Of a stretch of 64,000 nt of DNA, positions 56,500-64,000 are shown piece by piece. The notes under the pieces were generated by a model. That model searched no databases, was not told the origin of the DNA, and saw only the letters and a list, made by a program, of their open reading frames with translations. Origin of the DNA: Schizochytrium sp. TIO01 (lineage: Eukaryota > Protista > Bigyra: Labyrinthulomycetes); contig SMSO01000006.1 of NCBI GenBank assembly GCA_004764695.1, positions 139,859 to 203,858 of the forward strand, read 5' to 3'. The position numbers and the translations under genes were made by a program. Each line of letters opens with the position of its first letter. Position 1 is the stretch's first letter.

Positions 56500-57125
56500 G
56501 AAAATCTTATGTTGCATTTTTTAGATGTTACACTCAGAGGTTTGATGCATTGCCTTGTCCCTAGGAAGCTCATTGAGTGTATAAATAAGCACAAGTCTAA
56601 TGCGAGTTTATCTACTTCCCACAAAGGTTGTGCAAGCCAATTTCTAGATTGGTCAATTAAGGCTGGTTAGAAGTTTGAAGTTTGTCTTTTGATTTTTGAC
56701 TCAGCATCCTGCCTTTTCGCAAATTAAAGAATTGCCAAACTCGACGTCAATGAAGGAAAGATAGTTCATTAAATCTAAAGAGGGGTAGAGTTGGAATGTG
56801 CAAGAAAAATCAGAAATTTGACATTTATGGAAGCTCAGCCAAGTTGGAGACAGCCACAGAGTGAAATTAATTGGATCATACAACACCAGTGAAATAAAAG
56901 CTGTAATATCGTCTCTCACATGTGGTACACTGGCAAAGTAAAAATGCGCGCCCCTCTTTCGAACTGACTTGTCAGAACAGAAGGAATACGTAAAATTGGT
57001 ACAGCTCGCCCACCTCGCTAGAAAGCGACGGCCAACCTTTTCATGTTTTAGGCCTTTTTTTTCAACATCTGGTACAAACGAGCGAAAAATAACAAAACAG
57101 GCAACGAACAAAAAATACACAAAGA

Positions 57126-58154
57126 TCAGAGGACGACATTGTAGCCATAGTTCCAAGAAACACGCTCAAGGTCACTCGTAGAACTGTCATCGAGAGGGCG
57201 GTTAATTGAAGACTTGATGTTGGACGCACGGCGGGTGCGAGCTGCCACAGCCTGGAATAATGGGCCAGAGCGACACTCGTCGCACTGAAGGCATGGGTTG
57301 AGTCGAAAGGGGCCATTCTCGTACATATAAGCCTTGCAGATGTTTTCGCCGTTGACAGTGTTCTGACAAGTTTCACAAAAGTTCTTGTTAAGAAGATGGC
57401 AGAAAGCGTTGAGTTTGCCACAAGTCACTTTCGTAGCCTCGTTAGGTGCACTATTACGATAGCCAAAACAAGTGGCAGCACAGCCTTGGGCTGTAGATAT
57501 TGTGTTCCAAAACCAAATGTCTCGGCATTTGTACTTCAGACCAGTGCCTCCCATGCATTCCATTCCATTTTGGATTTCAATATCACTGAGGCCAAAAGTG
57601 AGGTAGTCAATGAGTGAAGACATTGCACATGATTTGGTCAAGTCTGTCATTGTCTCACGAGTTCGGATGTATACAGCTAAAGATTGGACTGTGGAGCAGG
57701 CACCACATTGACCTGTGTGAGTCACGAATTTGCTGAGGTACTCTCCATTGCTGTTTTCTCCAGATTCATCTTCAGTGTCAGCCAGATCCGAAGTCAGTCG
57801 GTACACAAGCTGTGGTGAGGACTCATTGCCATAGCTGAGTACTTCCACATAACAGTCTACATTCTCCTGGACCTGAAGAGCATGGTTCTCAATGTTTACC
57901 ATTGCATACGGGTTCACAGAAATAGTGTCATAGAGCCCTTCCTCCTCACAATTTGTGCACTCAGAGTTCTCCAATACGTTGAGGAGAGAGTTAAACCCAT
58001 ACAAAGTGGGCCCAATGCCAGATCTTGTCACAATCTCCTGAATGTACTCTTCCAAAGAAACTTGTACTGTACTAGTCGCTTCTGCGTTGTGCAAAACGCC
58101 AGCTAAGAGCACGACCACCATGGCCATCAAGGTCCATTCTGCTCCATGACTCAT
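57126..58154 (-). CDS. Secreted cysteine-rich protein of an uncharacterised conserved family
   Basis: Signal peptide (MAMVVVLLAGVLHNAEA); motifs THTGQCGACS, LAVYI, IWFWNT and LNPCLQCDECRSGPLF...RTRR...SSINRP. ATG at 58154. Confidence 0.78.
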   Translation of the reverse strand: MSHGAEWTLMAMVVVLLAGVLHNAEATSTVQVSLEEYIQEIVTRSGIGPTLYGFNSLLNVLENSECTNCEEEGLYDTISVNPYAMVNIENHALQVQENVDCYVEVLSYGNESSPQLVYRLTSDLADTEDESGENSNGEYLSKFVTHTGQCGACSTVQSLAVYIRTRETMTDLTKSCAMSSLIDYLTFGLSDIEIQNGMECMGGTGLKYKCRDIWFWNTISTAQGCAATCFGYRNSAPNEATKVTCGKLNAFCHLLNKNFCETCQNTVNGENICKAYMYENGPFRLNPCLQCDECRSGPLFQAVAARTRRASNIKSSINRPLDDSSTSDLERVSWNYGYNVVL

Positions 58155-59099
58155 TGTCACTCTAACCTTGAGGATAGAAGTGCAACTTCCAACGGCCAAG
58201 CAGAGGATATCTCCAGGCACGGTGACTTTCTTAAGGCTGCTACTTCGCTCGTGGTTGTGTCACGCGTTGGACTCTCACTCGGCTATGAAAGCGGGGGTAA
58301 ATGCTTTCTTTCTGTGCACGTGTATGCTGCAGAGTAGTAATCGCTTTATTGTTGTTAGTACTTAGCTAGACACTACTACCACCAGGTGCAGAATTGCTAC
58401 TCGGCTAGCTGCCTTTTTTTCTCCATGCTCTACAAACGTGGAAGAAGTTTAAGGCTACGTTCCTCTCTTGAGATACAGCTCCAGATATATTTTGTGTGAT
58501 TCTACCGAGATACTGTGCCTTGTTGATACCATATGTGAAGGTACGTCTTGGAGGCTGATGATGATGATGAGACTAAATTGATTTTTTTCTTAATTAAATT
58601 AAAATACCTACCTGTGTAAATGGAATGATACCACTAATCTCCATATTTATATTTATTTCTTTAAAATTAAAAATTAATACAAAAAGTTTCAAGAGTTTTT
58701 TCTGAAAAGTAAGAAAGGTTCCCTGCACAGCCTGACTAGTGGATAGTAGTAATTACTATATAAAAAGTTATTTTTCTCTTTATGATTGCCCAAACCCTCT
58801 TTTAGGAAAGGGGAGAAAAGCTGCTTGATCCCTTTGTTCTTATATATATATATAATTATTATTTTTTCAAATCAATGAAATTAAAATTTAAAAGATGCTG
58901 TCCGTCTACGTACGGCCCGTCTTTCCGCCTGCTTGCCTGATTATATCTATTCAGCATTGATTTCCCTACACTTGGCTTTTCAGTTTCTTTCATCGGTCAG
59001 AGATCCTGACCAAAGTTGCATTTTGAGCAACGATGCATATGCTTAATAACCCCCCCAAATAATAAAAGGGTTGAATTTCTATATTCAAAACCTTCATTC

Positions 59100-59700
59100 G
59101 ACTACATACAAGTTTTGTTCAGAACTCAAGCTTTTTTGCCAAACAGGGCCATTCTCACTAGTCAGCGGTAGCAAGATAAAGTCTTTTAGCTTGCGTAAAA
59201 AACTCAAGACAAAATAATCACTCAATGTACGAAACCCAGTCCTTTCATGATTGGTACTCATGACAAACGTCAAGGGGAGCAGGTTTGGCCTTCTTGTAAG
59301 TGACCAAAACGACGGAGCATGGCCAGTACTTTGTCCAAGGATATACAAAGCAAGCCGTTTACGACCAACCTTGGTGTGGTGCAAGGAACAATGCGAGCTA
59401 TATTTTAAAGGCAAACAACAAGGAAGGGTATGCCAGTGGTTAATATCAAGATGGTGTTGATGAAAAGAGACTGAGGTACAAAACAAAGAGCTACTACTGC
59501 TGATTTTGCACCACACAACATTTTAAAATTTTAACAGTAACATATATCATTGCCAACAAAAGGTTGGCTACACACTCGTTGGGTCCTCTCCCACCAAAAT
59601 AAAACAAGCGGCAGATCACACAGCCATGTACAAAGCTATTTAAGATCAAACCAGAACGGATATAAATCCAACAAAATCAACACAATTTACGATGCCCTGC
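59100..59700 (+). pseudogene. Decayed NLRC3-like LRR relic
   Basis: HQNKTS...SYLRSNQNGYKS...IYDAL (ORF 59550-59732), KSFSLRK and ELYFKG. Confidence 0.45.
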
Positions 59701-59710
59701 CACAGCAGGA

Positions 59711-61231
59711 TCACGAGTGTCGTTCCATATAGTCATACAGAGCCGAGTCAAGATTTCCGTCATGGTCTTCGAGGTATTCAAGGAGAACTTCGTCAGACTC
59801 CGCCTTGACATGTTTCCGAAACTGAGGAATCTCTTTTAAGCGATTTCTGAACTCTGGAAGTAGGTTGTCATATTTATCTTTTGGAGCTGTACGACGCTCA
59901 ACAGTTCCACGAAAAGCCTCGAGCTTCATTTCAGCAAGTTTCTCCTCACGATTTTCACGTCGAATCTTGCGCACAAATAATGCAACGCCAAGAGCAAGAA
60001 GTACACCAATTGACACCGCAACGCCAACATAGATTGAGTCTTGTTTAGACAACCCTCCGTCGCTGGAGGACCCGGAGCTTGTTGAGAACGAATAAGTACT
60101 TGCGTAAAAAGACTCACTTTGGCATCCATTTTCTACCGTGCAAAATTCACTGTTTGCGTAGGTTGAGCACGGCGTATTGTAAGCAAGGTCACACTCCACA
60201 GAGTAAGGCTCGAGGTAGTTGGCCTGGGTGAGAAGGTTGCATGCTCCGTATGGTCGTGACGAATTAGCTACATTTCGTGCAAGACGTACATAACCATCTT
60301 CTCCCCACGCAGGACCCCATGAATTCTTGGCAATGTAGTAGTCCTTGCCATCCTCTGTACCATAACCAACTAAAAGAAGGGCGTGGTCAACACTATCCTC
60401 TGTATCGCAGTCCATCGAGTCAAGGATTCCACCCGTATACTCCAGAAAAGGATCATTATAACCTGCTACCGCTACGGACACGGGGCCAACATCCAACGCT
60501 GCAATGAGCGCCGCCTCGGTACGTGGCGAGAGCGAAGCAATCGATGTGCTTTCGTTGAGAGCAAAAACACCCTGACGAGTGTATGTACTTGAGCAGAACG
60601 TGTCATCATCAGCAGCTGTATCGCGTTTGTTTTGTGCGCTTTCAGTGAGAATATACGGGTAAAGTTCTTCCGTGTAGAAGTTGCCCTGCCACCCAACAAT
60701 TGCAGTATACTGATTCCCGCCGGTGCAAGCCTGATTAATATCGTTTCTGGAGCAGTCCATGACTTGCTGTTCTGAAATCGAAATCAACGTTCCGTAGTCA
60801 ATCGCATAACGAGACTCAATCAACCCTGTCGTCACGAAGGCCCAGCACGTGCCACAGGACCCCTGGTATTTTACATCTGATATTACGCCTTGGTCCCGCC
60901 AGTCTACAATGACCTCCGTGGTTGAAGCCCTTACAGAGACCTTCGTAGATTTCACATTTACTATCGTGCTACTATTTTTGCTGTCGTTCGCCACATCGCT
61001 ATCGCCGATGCTGCTGTCTTCTGAGGTTTCCTTGTCGTCATAAGAGGGCTCCGCCTCGGTTGAGTTCAAAACTGTGAAACCGTGACGGTGGGTCTCTGCA
61101 AAGACACGACGGAACTCGGGGTTTAAGAATGGGTTTGTTCCGGCATCCAGCTTGCGCTCGAATTCTGAAAGCCTGAATCGCGCACCAAAGGGATCGCCGC
61201 CGCTGCTGAGTCTGCCTCCATCCCTTGTCAT
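59711..61231 (-). CDS. Papain-family (C1A) cysteine protease with a C-terminal TM helix and UBA-like cytosolic tail; 5' end possibly incomplete
   Basis: VDWR, QGSCGTCWAF (Gln/Cys), SEQQVMDC, DHALLLVGYG (His) and KNSWG (Asn). TM IYVGVAVSIGVLLALGVALFV followed by RKIRR. First ATG at 61231. Confidence 0.9.
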   Translation of the reverse strand: MTRDGGRLSSGGDPFGARFRLSEFERKLDAGTNPFLNPEFRRVFAETHRHGFTVLNSTEAEPSYDDKETSEDSSIGDSDVANDSKNSSTIVNVKSTKVSVRASTTEVIVDWRDQGVISDVKYQGSCGTCWAFVTTGLIESRYAIDYGTLISISEQQVMDCSRNDINQACTGGNQYTAIVGWQGNFYTEELYPYILTESAQNKRDTAADDDTFCSSTYTRQGVFALNESTSIASLSPRTEAALIAALDVGPVSVAVAGYNDPFLEYTGGILDSMDCDTEDSVDHALLLVGYGTEDGKDYYIAKNSWGPAWGEDGYVRLARNVANSSRPYGACNLLTQANYLEPYSVECDLAYNTPCSTYANSEFCTVENGCQSESFYASTYSFSTSSGSSSDGGLSKQDSIYVGVAVSIGVLLALGVALFVRKIRRENREEKLAEMKLEAFRGTVERRTAPKDKYDNLLPEFRNRLKEIPQFRKHVKAESDEVLLEYLEDHDGNLDSALYDYMERHS

Positions 61232-61549
61232 CTTGATCAATATCGAAAGATTTCGACTTAAAGGTTAGCAACTAGCGTCGAAGCCTCCAGCGAACAGCAC
61301 GTAGACCACTTAGATTCCGAAAGGGAATCCTAAGCAATGGTCAGGGTTGCCGCGAGGCCACACGAGGAGCGGTACTGGAGTTTTGTTTGCTTCTCTTCTC
61401 GCTTTGGTTTAGGTTGGTTTGATAGAAGGTACCTACCTACCTACCCACCTACGTACTATATGTCTATTTAAAAAGAAAAGAGTAAAATTTTACTATTACA
61501 ATTTGAGTCTCTCCTCACATTCCTTTATTTTACAAATCATGTCTCTGCT

Positions 61550-63960
61550 CTTCGAATTCTTGCTACCACTGTCATAGCATCCTACAAGCTTGGGTCCTTT
61601 TGGCGCTTTTCTGAAGATTGGCAGCATTTTGCAAAGGAACTTCTAGCCTGCTTTATGTGTTGCACAAGTCTAATCATGGATTCGCAGCTTTCATACTAAT
61701 TACTGCTCAAATAATATAAAACTTAAAAGTGTTCCGATTCCTTTCACAATGATCACAAAACTTTCTAACATAGGTAGTAAAATACAGTCTATTCAAACAA
61801 AGTTTTATTTTTTTCGAACTCAAAGAAAGCAAACTGAAGTTAAAAATCTTTGACTGCACCTGAAGCACTAAACTCCTTTTAATAAAAACCATAGGATGCG
61901 AGCTCACCTTCCATTATTACTGCCGAGCGGCGCGGCGATACGCACGTGCAAAGGTGTTATAGTTAAAGTTAGCTGGGTATTATGAGGGGTGGAGTGGCGC
62001 TTGAAAGCTGCGGTCCTTCCCTTTAGAATAAAATACGCGCCGTGACTGGATTTAGGACGTTCTAAGGTTTTCCGACAGACTCTACAAAAGTCAATTTTGC
62101 AGCCAGGGGGCACTCAACTTAGCAATGTTGTTCGCGTGACCGAATACACACTACAGGTAAATAGGAAAATGAGATCACTGGTTGATGATGAATGCTAAGT
62201 CGCGCTTATCTCTTGATCTTGATCGTGCGAGGGCATCATGAGTTGTAATTGTTAATAGCATTTTAGTACCTACGATGTTGATTTTATTGTATTTTTTCAT
62301 TTAATTAACACAAAGTTTTAAAAAAGAAATTTATCTCTATGTACCTGTTAGCAACTTCTATCAATTAAAAAAAAAAATCAACAAGACACCCAGATAGCAG
62401 GTATAGGTACTACTACGACGGAAAATAGTACGTACATATAAATTAGTCTCTTCAAAGTTTGAAGAGAATGCTCAGCAGATACAAAGAGACCACATGCCCT
62501 TTCGTTTGGTTTGGAGGTCCTTCTGACAGGATGCAGGGGCCTAGGTTGCAGAGTCAGACTTCTGCATGTCAGCGGGGCCTTCACCTTCACTGGGATTGGC
62601 CAAGGCCATCAAGATAGGCCATGACATGATTTGTGCAACAATAAGTTGACGAGTCGGTCTAGTGCTGAACTGAAAAGAAAGCACCCCAGGACAGTAAGCT
62701 GCAAGAAAGCCAAACGCAGCTCAACTATTTATCCGCATTGCTTCGCGAACTAAACTGACCCTTCGATGTCTGGGTGGTCAAGTTTATCTTAAGATCCATT
62801 CAAGCGAGGTCTTATTCAAGGCACAGCGCCTCGAATACCTGCTCCCGGGCTCTTGACCGCACGCGCCAGACTACTGCGGTGGTGTTGCACCTGCCCAGTG
62901 TCGCAGTAGTAGTCAGAGCGAATTCTGCTCTCCCCCGTTGATGTGTTCAGAGTTTGCATACCTAACTTGAATGCCATGTCTGCGCTCCTTCTCTGTGAGC
63001 TGCTGCCCGTGGTCGATAATTCGTATTCGTAGCAAAGTTGTTTCGATGCATCAATCTGACGAAGATGATGATGATTATGATGCTGATGATACTGGCAAAT
63101 GGAGACCTGTCGATGCGGCACGGATACGGTATTCCAGTAAACTGAAACGCACTTGGACCAGCGAGTGCAAGTGTGGTAAGCGAAGGGTTGTCTAGTATCT
63201 CGAAGTTGGACTCGAATAAGGTTATCTAGCCAAAAGCAGCAGCTCAACAACCTGAAGAAAAGAAGGTGTGTTAGTTACTACCTTTGGAGTAACTCCAACT
63301 CATCTTCCCATATAACCTCTGTGTGCTTAGACCGCAGAAAACAGAAGAAAAGAGAAAAAAGTTTAAGTTTGCACATACACACGCACACTCACAATTGGTA
63401 GGTTAGTAGGTCTTGTACGAGTAGACAGCCATGAGTACCCGTCTCTCTTCGGGCTGGACTGAAGACTTAGCTGAGTATTGCAATGACTCTGCACTCTCAG
63501 AGGCTACTCCTAAAACTTCTTTCCTTAGCTTGAAAGTTAGCTACAGGTGTATCGTGCATAAATGAAGACTCTAGGTTGTTGATAGCTTTTACTCAGTTAA
63601 CACTGTGAGTTAGAATTTAGTAGTACTTTTTGAACGCTGATTGATCATATAAGTTCTTTCGTTGCTTTTATTATTCGAGTATTCACGAAGGTGCTACTTG
63701 TAATAAATCGTAGCTCATGAAGCGACCGAGGCTGAGATTTTCGATAATATGAGAGAAGGCAACTGAGTAATATTGGTGGCCTTAAGAGAATAGGTCTGCT
63801 TTTGCAGTACAAAGGTAACTTGAGGAACACGGGGAACTTAGTTTAAAGTTGGAGATTAATCATATAGCTTCAAGTAGTTCAAAATGTCTAATTTGTATTA
63901 TTACATAGTACTGGTTTTTAGAACTCAATTAGTAGTATGGCAATTTAAATATAATTGCGC
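61550..63960 (+). pseudogene. Long tract of decayed RI-like LRR relics
   Basis: NNIKLKSVPI (61710-61739), CRVRLLHVSG (62547-62576), DLCNNKLTSRSSAEL (62628-62672), SLKLEINHIASSSSKCL (63840-63890), TQLVVWQFKYN (63923-63955). Confidence 0.55.
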
Positions 63961-64000
63961 TCGGATTAAACCGTCACGAGGACATGATTAATCTGTTACA

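Overview
Eukaryotic, intron-poor, gene-dense DNA with AT-rich spacers. The gene content suggests a flagellated stramenopile protist, probably a thraustochytrid (inference, not verified). About 19 protein-coding genes lie on both strands: a spliced YbaK-editing/tRNA-binding fusion, a channel-type CLC, a frameshift-split coiled-coil gene, Tubby, a C12orf4/FERRY3-like gene, a QRICH2/C16orf96-like coiled-coil gene, a WD40 gene, a Frizzled-CRD single-pass receptor, a DUF4062-NACHT-WD40 (NWD-like) STAND NTPase, a GNAT, two SDRs, STRAP, PUS10, a Myb-like/PHD protein, a CFAP96-like gene, a Cys-rich secreted protein, a membrane-anchored papain-family protease and one orphan ORF. I saw no tRNA, rRNA, CRISPR array or intact transposase. 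The most striking signal is in the non-coding DNA. Almost every spacer, and the one clear intron, translates into eroded (stop- and frameshift-ridden) ribonuclease-inhibitor/NLRC3-type leucine-rich repeats. The best matches are consistently on the + strand, whichever way the neighbouring genes face. This was found by eye and needs a frameshift-aware HMM test with controls.
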